This document shows, in pieces, positions 30,369-40,956 of a stretch of DNA of 64,000 bases (its first letter is position 1; each line of letters begins with the position of its first letter). The notes beneath the pieces were generated by a model that was given only the letters and a program-made list of their open reading frames with translations, did no database searches and was not told the origin of the DNA. The position numbers were made by a program, and so were the translations under genes. This DNA comes from an uncultured Acidobacteriota bacterium (GTDB lineage: Bacteria > Acidobacteriota > UBA6911): assembly GCA_963827655.1 (NCBI GenBank), contig CAWHCF010000032.1:1-64000 (forward strand), in the 5' to 3' direction.

Positions 30369-33005
30369 CTAGTTCACGCTCGTGAATTCGGCTGAACCGA
30401 GCAAAGCCTGCAGGTACTGCTGCCAGCTCGAGCCGCCGGATGCCACGTATTTTAACGCCAGGTCAAGCTCCTCTGGGTCCGGGCGACGGCCGTAAAGCAG
30501 GCGGTAGGCGCGCTCGACCTTCGCCCCCGCCTCCGGGCCTGCCTCCCGCGTCAGCCTCTCCTCAAGCGACCGGGCTTGATCCGCGACGAACTTGCTGTTC
30601 AAGAAGAACAGCGCCTGCAACGGACCGGTGGTCACGGTCCGCTCATCGGTGGTTGCGTTGGGATCCGGAAAATCGAACAGCGCCATGGTTGGATCCAGCC
30701 GGGTCCGGCTCACCGTCAGATACAGCGATCGGCGATGGCTGGTATCCGACAACACCTCCGGCGGTCCCCCCAGCTTCCGGTCGAGTTTCCCGCTCACCGA
30801 CAGGACCGAGTCTCTCAGCGCTTCCAGGTCCAACCGCGGGAGCACGTTGGCTCGCCACAGGAGCTTGTTCTCCGGATCTTTCTCCAGGTTCATTTCATCA
30901 TTGGCCGTCGAAAGCGCGTAGGTGCTCGATAGCAGAATCGTGCGGTGCAAGGCTTTTATGCTCCAGCCCGACTCCACCAGTTGCGCCGCCAGGTAGTCCA
31001 GCAGCTCCGGGTGCGTGGGCTGCTCTCCATTTAATCCGAAGTTCGACGGCGTCTTCACGATCCCCTGCCCGAAATGATGTTGCCACACCCGGTTCGCCAT
31101 TACCCGCGCGGTGAGCGGGTTCTCGGCGGATGAAATCGCTTCTGCCAGCTCCAGACGCCCGCTCCCCTTGGTGAATCGCGCCGGTTCACCATTGCACAGC
31201 GCCGACAGGAATCTGCGCGGCGCCAGCTCCCCCGGAGTGTCGGCGTCTCCGCGAATCGCCACTCGAACATCCTCAGGTTTGGGTCCTTCCTTCATTGCGT
31301 GAAGAAACGGGTACATGGGCGGCAGATCCTTTTCGAGCGCGGCGATCTCGCCGCGCAGCTGGGCGACGTACTGCATGGCGTGCCCGCCGAGCCAGCGGTC
31401 CAGCTCCTTGGCGCCGTAATAATAGATGCCCGCAGGCGCCCGGTATCCGTCGATGTTGTACGGCCCGGACGCAATCTCCCGCCACTGGTAAAACTTCAGC
31501 ACCGGCAGCGCCACGATATTTGTGTACTGCCGGGTGCGCTCGTCTTTCATCCCCTTCTTTCCGCCGAAAGCCACGTAGTTCTTGTCGTCGATTTCCTTGG
31601 CTTCCTCGATCAGTTCCAGCGCGAACTTCTGATACTCCTCCGCCGCCTTCCGCACCTGGGCCTCAGACGGATTCTGCGCTACAACTTCGAACCAGGGCTT
31701 CAGATAAGGATGCTCCTTATCCGGCTCTTTGAGATACGCCACCCACCGCCGCAAGGTCTCCTCGTCGAGCCCCGCGGTGTCGGCGGCCTCCCCCCGGCCT
31801 AGCTTCCACGTAGCCACCAGGTAGCGCGCGGTGTTGCGCGCGAGCAGATCCACCAGCTCCTTCTGTTGCACGATCAGGTAGTCGTCGAGCGTCTCCTTCA
31901 GCTGGTCGATCTTTTTCTTCTGATCGGTGTAAAGCTTCGCCTGGCTTTCGTCGACCAGCGGGTATTCATGCTTGGCGCTCGACTTGAACACTCCCAGCAG
32001 CGAATAGTAGTCGCGCGTCGGAATCGGGTCGTACTTGTGATCATGGCACTGCGCGCATCCCACGGTCAGCCCCAGAAACGCCTTGGTCGTGACATCTACC
32101 TGATCGTTGGCATTGCCCCCCAGAGCCTGGAATCCGAGCCCCGCCATCAGCTCCTTCCGCTGGTCCTCCGGCATCAGGTCCGCCGCGATTTGCGCCTTCA
32201 CGAAGCGGTCGTACGGCAAGTCCTTGTTAAACGCCTCGACCACCCAATCCCGATACCGGTACGCATTCGGCATCGGCGTATCAACTCCCGCCGCCAGCAA
32301 TCCGTCGGAGTATCGAGCCAGGTCCAGCCAGTGCCGCGCCCACCGTTCCCCGTAATGCGGCGATTCGAGCAGCCGGTCCACGACGTTCGTGTAAGCCTCG
32401 GGCGAGCTGTCCTTCAAAAACGCATCCACCTCTTCCGGCGTGGGTGGGAGTCCGGTCAGGTCGAGCGTTACGCGTCGCAGCCAGGTCCGGCGATCGGCTG
32501 CTTTCACGGGAGCCATTCCCTTCGACTCGAGCTTGGCGAGCACGAAGGCATCCACGGGCGTCCTTACCCAGGCTTTTTTCTTCACCTGAGGGACAATCGG
32601 CTTGTTCACTCTCTGAAACGCCCAGAACCGGAGCTGGTCGGCCGGCGCGTTGTGAGCCGCTGTCTCGCCCCATGGCACGCCTCGCTTCACCCACTCGATC
32701 AGCGCGTCTACGTCGGCTGCCGCAAGCGGTCCGGTAGGCGGCATTTTCAACCTGGCGTGCGTGCGGCGCACGGCCTGAATCAGGACGCTCTCTTCCGGCT
32801 TTCCCGGTATCACCACCGGGCCCGACTTTCCACCTTTCAGCACGGCTTCCAGCGAATCCAGCCGCAATTCACCCATCGCCGTGTCGGTGTGGCAGGTGTA
32901 GCAGTTGGCCGCCAGAATCGGCCGGACCTTGGACTCGAAGAACTCCGCGTCCGTCGCCCAGGCTGGCAGAACGACGATAAGTGCGAGACAGCAACGCCAG
33001 ATCAT
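30369..33005 (-). CDS. Planctomycete cytochrome c domain plus DUF1549/DUF1553 protein
   Basis: FFESKVRPILAANCYTCH; YGERWARHWLD; CAQCHDHKYDPI; PTHPELLDYLA. Confidence 0.93.
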   Translation of the reverse strand: MIWRCCLALIVVLPAWATDAEFFESKVRPILAANCYTCHTDTAMGELRLDSLEAVLKGGKSGPVVIPGKPEESVLIQAVRRTHARLKMPPTGPLAAADVDALIEWVKRGVPWGETAAHNAPADQLRFWAFQRVNKPIVPQVKKKAWVRTPVDAFVLAKLESKGMAPVKAADRRTWLRRVTLDLTGLPPTPEEVDAFLKDSSPEAYTNVVDRLLESPHYGERWARHWLDLARYSDGLLAAGVDTPMPNAYRYRDWVVEAFNKDLPYDRFVKAQIAADLMPEDQRKELMAGLGFQALGGNANDQVDVTTKAFLGLTVGCAQCHDHKYDPIPTRDYYSLLGVFKSSAKHEYPLVDESQAKLYTDQKKKIDQLKETLDDYLIVQQKELVDLLARNTARYLVATWKLGRGEAADTAGLDEETLRRWVAYLKEPDKEHPYLKPWFEVVAQNPSEAQVRKAAEEYQKFALELIEEAKEIDDKNYVAFGGKKGMKDERTRQYTNIVALPVLKFYQWREIASGPYNIDGYRAPAGIYYYGAKELDRWLGGHAMQYVAQLRGEIAALEKDLPPMYPFLHAMKEGPKPEDVRVAIRGDADTPGELAPRRFLSALCNGEPARFTKGSGRLELAEAISSAENPLTARVMANRVWQHHFGQGIVKTPSNFGLNGEQPTHPELLDYLAAQLVESGWSIKALHRTILLSSTYALSTANDEMNLEKDPENKLLWRANVLPRLDLEALRDSVLSVSGKLDRKLGGPPEVLSDTSHRRSLYLTVSRTRLDPTMALFDFPDPNATTDERTVTTGPLQALFFLNSKFVADQARSLEERLTREAGPEAGAKVERAYRLLYGRRPDPEELDLALKYVASGGSSWQQYLQALLGSAEFTSVN

Positions 33006-33532
33006 GTTGGAGACATTCTATATCGGGGAGCGAGGGAGCAATCAAAAAAATCTGCAGCCCGCCTATGAGCGCGCTGCCAAGTTCGGGAGTCGAGTTTGTT
33101 ACGTCGACTTCCGCACCTTTCGCAATGCGATTGCGTCGGTGACGGGCACATTCTAACACCCCTGGATCCTATGTTCCGTGGGATTCTCGACGTCCGTCGT
33201 GGGATTCGAATTGTGGTTGCCGCCCGTCCTTGTTGCGCCTTTTGTATCGTCCAAGGTTTGATTCTCACGAGCTTGTGGCCGATGGCCCGCTCAGCAACCT
33301 CAGTATCGTATGCGGCTTGAGCGCGCAGCCAATACCCGTTGGACAGACCCAAGAAACGGCAAAGCCGCAAATCAGTGTCTGCAGTAACCGAACGCTTTCC
33401 AGCCACGATATCTCCAATCCGCTGGGCAGGAACGCCGATCTCTTTGGCCAGGCGGTACCGACTGATGCCCATGGGTTTCAGGAACTCCTCCAGAAGGAGC
33501 TCGCCAGGAGTAACCGGCTTGAGCTTGTTCAT
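33002..33532 (-). CDS. higA: HigA family antitoxin; the first ~100 aa are homologous and the tail is probably read-through
   Basis: PVTPGELLLEEFLKPMGIS.YRLAKEIGVPAQRI..IV.GKRSVTADTDLRL. Confidence 0.85.
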   Translation of the reverse strand: MNKLKPVTPGELLLEEFLKPMGISRYRLAKEIGVPAQRIGDIVAGKRSVTADTDLRLCRFLGLSNGYWLRAQAAYDTEVAERAIGHKLVRIKPWTIQKAQQGRAATTIRIPRRTSRIPRNIGSRGVRMCPSPTQSHCERCGSRRNKLDSRTWQRAHRRAADFFDCSLAPRYRMSPT

Positions 33533-33544
33533 ACTTACCTCTCG

Positions 33545-33620
33545 TCAGTGGTAGTCGATGATCTCTACATCCTCGGCACCCGCTTTCGTCCAGCGAAAGC
33601 AGACGCGCCACTGATCATTA
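33545..33620 (-). pseudogene. C-terminal remnant of HigB (RelE-like) toxin
   Basis: Reverse strand NDQWRVCFRWTKAGAEDVEIIDYH*, directly upstream of higA. Confidence 0.8.
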
Positions 33621-33670
33621 CTAACCGGGCAAGGGCTGCGCCCTTGATATCCCGCCAAAAGCAGCGGGAT

Positions 33671-33703
33671 AGAAGCCAGGAGTCAGAAGCCAGAAGCCAG
33701 AAT
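33671..33703. repeat. Heptamer array (AGAAGCC-like) overlapping the end of the four-helix bundle gene
   Basis: AGAAGCC AGGAGTC AGAAGCC AGAAGCC AGAAT. Confidence 0.8.
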
Positions 33704-34059
33704 CGCTTTTGCATATGCATTCTGCAGGCGGCTCACTTCCTCCAGGAGATTCATCCTTCCTTCTTGAGGTCTGCCGTAACCCAGGTCGTGTGCCATGCTC
33801 AGGTAGTAGCGGCTCTCTTCAAGCGAACCCTCGGCAATGTTCATGAATCGCGCTTTGTCGGCCTTGCCTCGCCGCTTTAAACCTTCTGCAATGTTCGCCG
33901 GTACGGACACGGCGGCCTTTCGCATTTGCTGCACCAAGGCATAGATCTCGCGCTGCGGGAACGATTCCGTGTAACGACATACTTCGAGCACAAATTCATG
34001 AGCTTTCTGCCATACCAGTAGATCGCGAACGTCTTTGCGCTTGGCCGCTGTGCTTGCAT
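33683..34059 (-). CDS. Four-helix bundle protein (23S rRNA IVS / bAvd-like family), frameshift near 34025
   Basis: DLLVWQKAH...FPQREIYALVQQMRKAAVSVPANIAEG...IAEGSLEE. Confidence 0.88.
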
Positions 34060-34461
34060 GATATCACCCCATCTCGTGATGTTATCCTTTTCAGGTAGTG
34101 CCAACCAAGTCTGGCGCGACTCCCTGAATCGCGCTTCTAACGTGAACACAATTCTTGATCCGACAATCTGACTCTCCGGCATTCAAGCCGACCCGTCCAA
34201 AGTCGAACGTTCTTCCGGTGCTGACATTTCAGCACTCTGCCGACTCGTCGTCAGCATCACAGCCCTCAATCCCTAAAAGATCCAGGGCTCTTGATCTCGG
34301 ATCGGTGATGTAAGACTTTCAGATCAAATAACATAGACCCATCACCCGAAAATTCCGTCTGGGTGGCAAAGTAATTGCACTGATCCAATGGGTGTTGCAG
34401 GAGCGTCAAATATGCTGGCGTTCAAGACACTCAAGATGGGCTTGAGCCCAAGGAGCAGATT

Positions 34462-35184
34462 ATGTTAAGGCTTTGGAAATTCACTTCATTTCTTACAGCG
34501 TTCGCTATCGCTACTCTCCTGGCCGTGGCAGGGGTTGCGGCCGGACGTGACGATCGGAAGCAGGCTCAGGTTGAGATACCGCTCGATCTGGCGATTCTCA
34601 TTCAGGATGACCTTGTCTCTCACGTCGGCAATGAGTTGGATGTCACCCGCGACTTCATTCTATCGTTGCCCGAAGGATCACGGGTGATGGTCGGTTACAT
34701 CAGGAGCGGGAGTCTCCAGGTGCGCCAGCGATTTACCAGCGATCTCGGCGAAGCGGCCCGCGCGTTGCGCGTCCCTGTGTCGTCCACTTCCGCCTCCCCT
34801 TTCAATCCTTATGTTGAAGTGCTCGAGGGATTGCGTAGCTTCGATTCGGAGGGAAGGAACCCTAAGGCGCTACTTTTGATTTCTGATGGTCTCGACACGT
34901 CGCGCGGTTTTGATGCCGCATCAGTTCTTCATTCGATTGATCTGGAGCGAGCGATAAAGGAAGCAAATCGGCGCAAGGTCACGATTTACTCTTTTTATGC
35001 TCCGTCGGTCGGACTGACGAGGCGAAATCGTCTGGCAGCCAGCTATGGCCAGAGTTCGCTCAATCGTCTGTCGGATGAGACTGGAGGCAAGGCATTCTTT
35101 GAAGGGACGAATGACTTTGTGACCTTCAATTCCCATTTTGCGCGTTTGGTAGGGGCGCTCAACGAGCGATATTCCGAGTACTGA
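34462..35184 (+). CDS. Secreted VWA-like domain protein
   Basis: Signal peptide; LAILIQDD; KALLLISDGLD; LSDETGGKAFF. Confidence 0.7.
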   Translation: MLRLWKFTSFLTAFAIATLLAVAGVAAGRDDRKQAQVEIPLDLAILIQDDLVSHVGNELDVTRDFILSLPEGSRVMVGYIRSGSLQVRQRFTSDLGEAARALRVPVSSTSASPFNPYVEVLEGLRSFDSEGRNPKALLLISDGLDTSRGFDAASVLHSIDLERAIKEANRRKVTIYSFYAPSVGLTRRNRLAASYGQSSLNRLSDETGGKAFFEGTNDFVTFNSHFARLVGALNERYSEY

Positions 35185-35332
35185 CGTTCAAAAAATCCGA
35201 AACCATCATCTGAAGGTTCGGTCTGACGTCTGCGGAGCGGGCTTCTCGAGAGGAGCGCCGCTCCGCGTGCAATCCCAGCATGAAAACCATGTCGAAACTG
35301 GCGATCACAACCTGTGCTAAGGCGATCTCCGT

Positions 35333-38300
35333 CTATCTAGGCACCAGGTGGGTGCGCGCAATGAAATCGGGGATTCCCCTCTCCGGGTTGGCGACGGAGA
35401 ATATCGCGGCGATTAGAGCGACGGCGCCTGGAAGAATCGAGAACGGAAGACTTGTGAGCGACAGATTCAAGCGGGGAATGCCTGGGATAAGAGGGAGCAG
35501 CGCGCATAGCGTAAAGAAGAACCACGCCACGAGGGCTCGCGCGAGGCAGCGCCATCGGCTTGCCGGCCTGCCGTCCGCAGTCTGCACAGTTATCCCAAAG
35601 ACATAGAGCAACGCGCCTCCACGCAGCACGACAGCGCACATAATTGCCGGTATCGATAGGAGAGCCAGCGTCATGGTCACGAGAACGGGAGTGAAGGATC
35701 CTGCCTTGGAGCCCGGCCGCGGGGCGATCACATGTCTGGCGGCGCCAAGATCCGAGTCCCGGGGAGAAGCGTCGAAGCGCCAGGCCCTTATCCCTGCGAT
35801 CACCTCTCTGGCAGCGGCAACATCCGAGGCAGCAGAAGAAGGGTAGTCTCGAAATGCCGATTCGATTGCCTTTTCGGTCTCAGGGTCCCATCTCAATTGC
35901 GTCACAAGCTGACGGGCCGTGTGGCGAGGCCCGGACCTTCGCATAGCTGGCGGCCAGAATGATGCGAATGGCCTCCCGTCTGTCGCGGCGTTTCCTTGGT
36001 ATCAGGTTCCCGCTCGATTCCTCTCAGAACGACCACATAATAGCGAGCCTTCGTAAGATCTTCCATCGACGCCGGGATGAGTAACGGCGCGATAAACGCC
36101 ATCGCAACCACGAGGAGAATGGGTAGCGCGATCAGGAGTTGGGGGCCTGCGCGCATTCCCCGTGTGACCTGCGCAGGTCTGTGAACGACATCCGTCAACT
36201 GGGTCAAAAAGGCGTCCGGAGACGCGGGTTCCTTCCCTTCGCGGCATAACTCAACTATCACGGATCGAACGGACGCGGGGAGCGGTACGGCGGGAATCAT
36301 TGAGTCCAGATGCTCGACCCGCAGGATCTTTCCCTGAAGCCCGAACAGTGTGATCTGGTGCATGAAGGATTTCCAGCCTTCACAGGCCGTCGACTGAAAT
36401 ACCGCCTGGTCGCTTCCCAAGGCGGTCACCGGAAAATCCAAGAGCCGCGCCTGGCCGTAGGCATCGACCCAGATCTGGTGTATGGACCTTTTTCGATGTG
36501 AATTCTCCTTCTCGCTGAGCTGCGACCGGAGTTCTGTCGCGATGTCCAGAAGGACTTGGCGAATTTCGAGCCAGGACAATCTTCCTTTAGTCTCGACCCA
36601 ACGCCATAGGCTCGTTCCCAACGGAGCCTCGTAAGCGTCCCAGCAGTTTCCGGGCTGACGAGATCCATTCAGCCAGTGGAGCCGGCCACGGCGGACCGGC
36701 GCCAGCTGTGAGAACGGTGGGGCCTGAGAGTCTTCTTTGAAACGGTGTATCCAGACGTTTCTCCGTAGGATGTCGTCGTAAGCTACAAGCAAGGATTCTG
36801 AGTCGGTATCCCAGACTGTCAGAACAGCGCGATAGGGTCCGAAATGCCTGGGCGCAGCGAGCTGAACCCCACCCAGGCGCTCTTCAGGGACAACGATGAC
36901 GTCTTTGGCCCGTACAGAGTTGACTCGCGTGCCGCTCAGAACCTCGTGGAGCCCGGCATAGCCGTTGCGCCGGCGCATGGTCCCGAGAAGGGCGGCCTGA
37001 CATCCCAGATTCAGGACGTTGGTCTGCCAGGTCCCCCAGGGCAGGTCGGGTAGCGCGAGAGGGATCAGACCCGGCATCAGCATGGCGCAATAGAAAACAG
37101 CTGTTCTCAGAAGTGCCTGTCGGGTTGTAATGGCTGATCCGGTCGACGTCGTAACCCGCAAGCCAAGAAGAAACTTACCGAGCGTTCGCCCCCAGTATCT
37201 CTCACCCAGAAAGAAATACAGAAACTGCACAAGTGACACCATCACGGAAACGAATATCATCTCCCGCGTGCTTCCTTCCATCAGCCGAAACGCATTCCAG
37301 ATATTGAAAGAAAAGAAAGGAGCCAGATCGATCAGGAGTGCGGCAAATCTCCTTGCCAGGCTGCCTGCGGTCAACCCCTGGGCGGAGAAGGGGAGCAGCG
37401 CGGCGCGAAGAGCCGCGTAGGTGGAATAGCGCTTTTCCCTGTCCTTGGCCAGTGTCCGGAGAATGACTCGCTGCAAGCCTTTCGGAACGTCCACTCGATG
37501 GCGCGAAAAGGGCGTGGGCTCCTCTGACAGAATCCTGGCCAGTACCTCTCCGGTTTGCTTCGCTACGAATGGGGGTGCGCCGGTCAACAGGGCATAGAGG
37601 GTCGCACCGACGGAATAGATGTCGGAGCGGAAGTCTATCTCCCGTCCGCGCACCTGCTCCGGAGAAGCGTACGACGGTGTTCCGATGAAAGCTCCGCTGA
37701 TGGTGACGTTACTGTCGAGCTCGAGGGTCTTCGAAAGACCAAAGTCCCCGATTTTGGCTTTCCCGTTTTCATCCAGGAAGCAGTTGGAAGGTTTCACATC
37801 CCGATGCAGGATACCTGCATTGTTGGCCGCCTCCAGGCCTTCGATGACATCAAGAATGAAATCGACGGCTTCCTTCGCAGGCAATCGTCCCCGCTGGCGA
37901 AGGAGGTCCTGCAGGGTACCTCCAGGCATCAGCTCCATCGTGATGACCGGGTAGCCGTCCACCTCCTCGGCGCCAAAGACATAAACACAGTTCGGATGGT
38001 TGAGCGAAGCCGCGAGGCGCCCTTCCCGCTCGAAGCGCTGGAGGACTTCCGGTGAAGCAGCCTGGGTTTCGGTGATTACCTTCAAGGCCAGCCTCCGAGC
38101 GGTCTCCAGGCTCTCGGCCTCCCAGACACGGCCGAAACCGCCCCGCCCGAGCTCGCGGATCAGGCGGTACGACCCAAACGTCCGCCCAGCCTCGGGAGCT
38201 GGGCCGCGTGGAGAGAGCTTCAAGTGAAAATCATGGGTGGTCGATGGGTGAGAAGCCGTAGGGATGTCAGGTCCGGAAGTTAATCGTTCGGGATCTTTCC

Positions 38301-38340
38301 GCTTGTTCTCACCGAAGTCCCCGAATGAGTCCTTCTTCAT
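35333..38340 (-). CDS. Ser/Thr kinase with RDD membrane domains (frameshift near 35980)
   Basis: LGRGGFGRVWEA; HRDVKPSN; DFGL; RDD motif RRFAALLID...GRTLGK; second RDD-like tail ending RGIPDFIARTHLV. Confidence 0.85.
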
Positions 38341-38631
38341 AGAAGTCGATGGCCACCGAAGCGGTGGGGCTGATTGAAAGGGGCGATGATCTCTTAGAAT
38401 TCACGAAGGATATTGATTTTGCTCGGGTTTTGCAATACGAAAGCCAATCGAGAGGTGGCAATGCGAGAGCTGCCGTCCGGGTTTCTCAGCTACATTGGAC
38501 TACGAGGCCGATCGCGCGACGATCGTACGGTACCTTCGCCGAGATCGGCGGCGGCCAGGAGGTCGCCCCGGTGAGCAGCATCTGCCTGATAGTGCCGTCC
38601 GCAAACACCAATTCCATTGCGAGGAAGACCC

Positions 38632-39039
38632 ATGAAGATAGCGAAGATCACAATCGACCCCGACCCGTACGAGCCCTTCCGCCTCGCCCAGGGCTATCGC
38701 GTCGGCGAGCTTCTGTTCATATCGGGTCAGGCAGCAATCGACGGCGAGGGAAACCTCGTGGGCATCGGAAACTTCGATGCCCAAGCCGACCAGGTCTTCG
38801 CGAACCTCGAGCGGGTTCTCCAGGCCGGCGGCTCAAGTCTTGCAAACGTCATCAAAGTCACGATTTTTCTCCGGGACATGTCCAATTTTTCGAAGATCGT
38901 CGAGCTTCGAGGTCGCTATTTCACGCCTCCGTATCCGGCCGACACGATTGACGTCGAGGTCACCTCCCTTTACTCCCCTCAAGCGCTGATCGAGATCGAG
39001 GCGATCGCCGTCGTCAACGAGGCGGTGGAGCGGACGTGA
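38632..39039 (+). CDS. RidA/YjgF/UK114 family protein
   Basis: LLFISGQAA; QVFANLERVL; VIKVTIFL; LIEIEAIAV. Confidence 0.9.
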   Translation: MKIAKITIDPDPYEPFRLAQGYRVGELLFISGQAAIDGEGNLVGIGNFDAQADQVFANLERVLQAGGSSLANVIKVTIFLRDMSNFSKIVELRGRYFTPPYPADTIDVEVTSLYSPQALIEIEAIAVVNEAVERT

Positions 39040-39074
39040 AGGCGAAAGGGAAAAATGAGCCGCAGGGCCAGAAG

Positions 39075-39398
39075 CTATCTGGTCAGTACATCCGTGGCTC
39101 GATGCCCTGGTGATACACCATCGGCGAAAATCACGTCGCCCTCGGAGTTGTTTGTGCGCAGCGGCAGGATCTCCTGATACGCGGCGGATTCGTACCACAT
39201 GCGGGCTTGCTCGCGATCCGGAAACTCGATAACAACCAGGTGTCCCGGCCAGGTCCCTTCTCGTACCTCTACCGCACCGCCATGCACCAGGAACCTGCCC
39301 CGGAACGGTTCCAGCGTCGCATCGATCCGCTGGAGATACTCGGCGATCGCAGGGCCCAGCGTGACCTTGCGCAAATGAGCAACAGCGTATGCGGGCAT
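39075..39398 (-). CDS. DUF1330 family protein
   Basis: GRFLVHGG.VEVREG.W...VVIEFPD...WYES.AYQEI..LR. Confidence 0.88.
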   Translation of the reverse strand: MPAYAVAHLRKVTLGPAIAEYLQRIDATLEPFRGRFLVHGGAVEVREGTWPGHLVVIEFPDREQARMWYESAAYQEILPLRTNNSEGDVIFADGVSPGHRATDVLTR

Positions 39399-39817
39399 GA
39401 TTCCTCCAAAGATTTGTGTGAAGCGACCGAGAATCGCACGACTGTCAGACGCAGCCGTCGTTCGAGCCTCGCGCGAAACTTCCAGTGACGTTGCTACTGG
39501 CTGCTGTTCGGCGTCAAGTCTTTTCCCGACCTCGACTCACACGCTGCCGCACAACCTCCGGGGCAATGGGTCACAAGTCCGACATGACGACTACGTCAGG
39601 AATCACACATCCGGCATCGTGTCGCCTGCGGGAACGCAGGCGCGTTTTGGCCATTTCGCGGGCGCGGCAGCAAGCTGCCGCAGGACAAGGCGCACTCCAA
39701 AGGCGGTCCTTGCAGCGCTTGCTTTCCCCACAGACGCCGCTACCCGGCAAATCACCGGCGCTTGCACAGTCATCTATCTCTTGACGAACGTCACGTAGTG
39801 AGTTTCTTATTGATCTC

Positions 39818-40756
39818 ATGAACGCCACCGGTCGTTTGCAGCGATTTAAGGCAGCGATTCAAAAAACGGGCGTGAATTTCTTCGTGGAGGTGCCGGCGCG
39901 AGTGAGTTCTTCGATGCGTTCTTTCGCGCACTCGGGAAGAATTCGTGTTGCCGGCCAATTGAACCAGACACCGATGCAGGGCACGTTGATCCCGGTTGCA
40001 GGCGGCCGGCATCGCCTGTTTGTAAATGGCGGGACGCGCAGCGCCGCGAAAGTTGGACTCGGCGACGTGGTGTCGATTGAATTGAGGCCGACGAAACCGA
40101 ATGAAGTCGTCGCGCCGGAAGACTTGACCGCCGGACTCCACCGCGTTCCGGGCGCTCTGGATGCATTCAACGCTCAACCGGTCTCGCGGCGGAGGGAGCT
40201 TATCCGCTACGTCGACGACGCACGCACGCCGCAGTCGCGAGAACGCAGGATCGCAAAGACGGCGGACCATATTCTGGGCAAAGAGGCGCCTCCCGCGGAG
40301 CGACTCGCCGCAATCCGTGAGCGTCCGCTCTGGACGTGCCCCAGGTGCGGCAATCAGTTCGTCAACAAGAACGGGTTTCACTCCTGCCGCCGATGGAGTC
40401 TCGACGAAGCCTTCAAGGGCAGACCCGCATTCGTTCGCGAACTATTCCAACACGTTCGCGCATTGATCGAGACCTGTGGACCGGTCAGGATGGTGCCCTA
40501 CCGAGACCGAGTCGGTTTTATGGTGCGGGTACGTTTCGCCGGGGCAACGCCGAAGCGCGACTGCCTCGAAATCGGTTTCTGGCTTCCCCACCGAATCGCG
40601 AGCGAGCGGTTTCACAAGGTCGAAACGATATACCCGAACGCCCACATTCACGTGCTGCGGATCCGCCAGCCGGAGGAGCTGGATTCGGAAGTTGTCGGAT
40701 GGATCAAAGAGGCTTATGCCGTCGGCTGTCAGCAACACCTACTTCGGAGCGGATAG
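39818..40756 (+). CDS. DUF1905 / YdeI-OmpD-associated / DUF5655-like fusion protein
   Basis: N-terminal beta-barrel; PEDL...AF..QPVSRRRELIRYV..A..P.SRERRI; WTCPRCG...HSC; C-terminal WIKEAY. Confidence 0.7.
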   Translation: MNATGRLQRFKAAIQKTGVNFFVEVPARVSSSMRSFAHSGRIRVAGQLNQTPMQGTLIPVAGGRHRLFVNGGTRSAAKVGLGDVVSIELRPTKPNEVVAPEDLTAGLHRVPGALDAFNAQPVSRRRELIRYVDDARTPQSRERRIAKTADHILGKEAPPAERLAAIRERPLWTCPRCGNQFVNKNGFHSCRRWSLDEAFKGRPAFVRELFQHVRALIETCGPVRMVPYRDRVGFMVRVRFAGATPKRDCLEIGFWLPHRIASERFHKVETIYPNAHIHVLRIRQPEELDSEVVGWIKEAYAVGCQQHLLRSG

Positions 40757-40956
40757 ATTCTTTATCGGCTCGGTATACTCTAAAATCATGAAATTTCTAG
40801 CGAGTTTTTTTCAGATAGAGTCTCGGCGCCGGGATCAGCCAGACCACGCCTTTCGAATTCACTGACGCGGAGCCGGAAAGTCGCGGTCGGGATCGGACTG
40901 GACGGCACGAGACGAAGCCCGGCCTGTGGTCCACGAAGAGAACGCGATGCGCTCAA

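Noticed and set aside
33215-33240. Left half of an attC site after higA (GCGCAAC on the reverse strand)
   Set aside because: No complementary right arm is visible; too weak to call
33683-34059. Avd of a DGR, or a 23S rRNA intervening sequence
   Set aside because: No RT, template repeat or rRNA nearby
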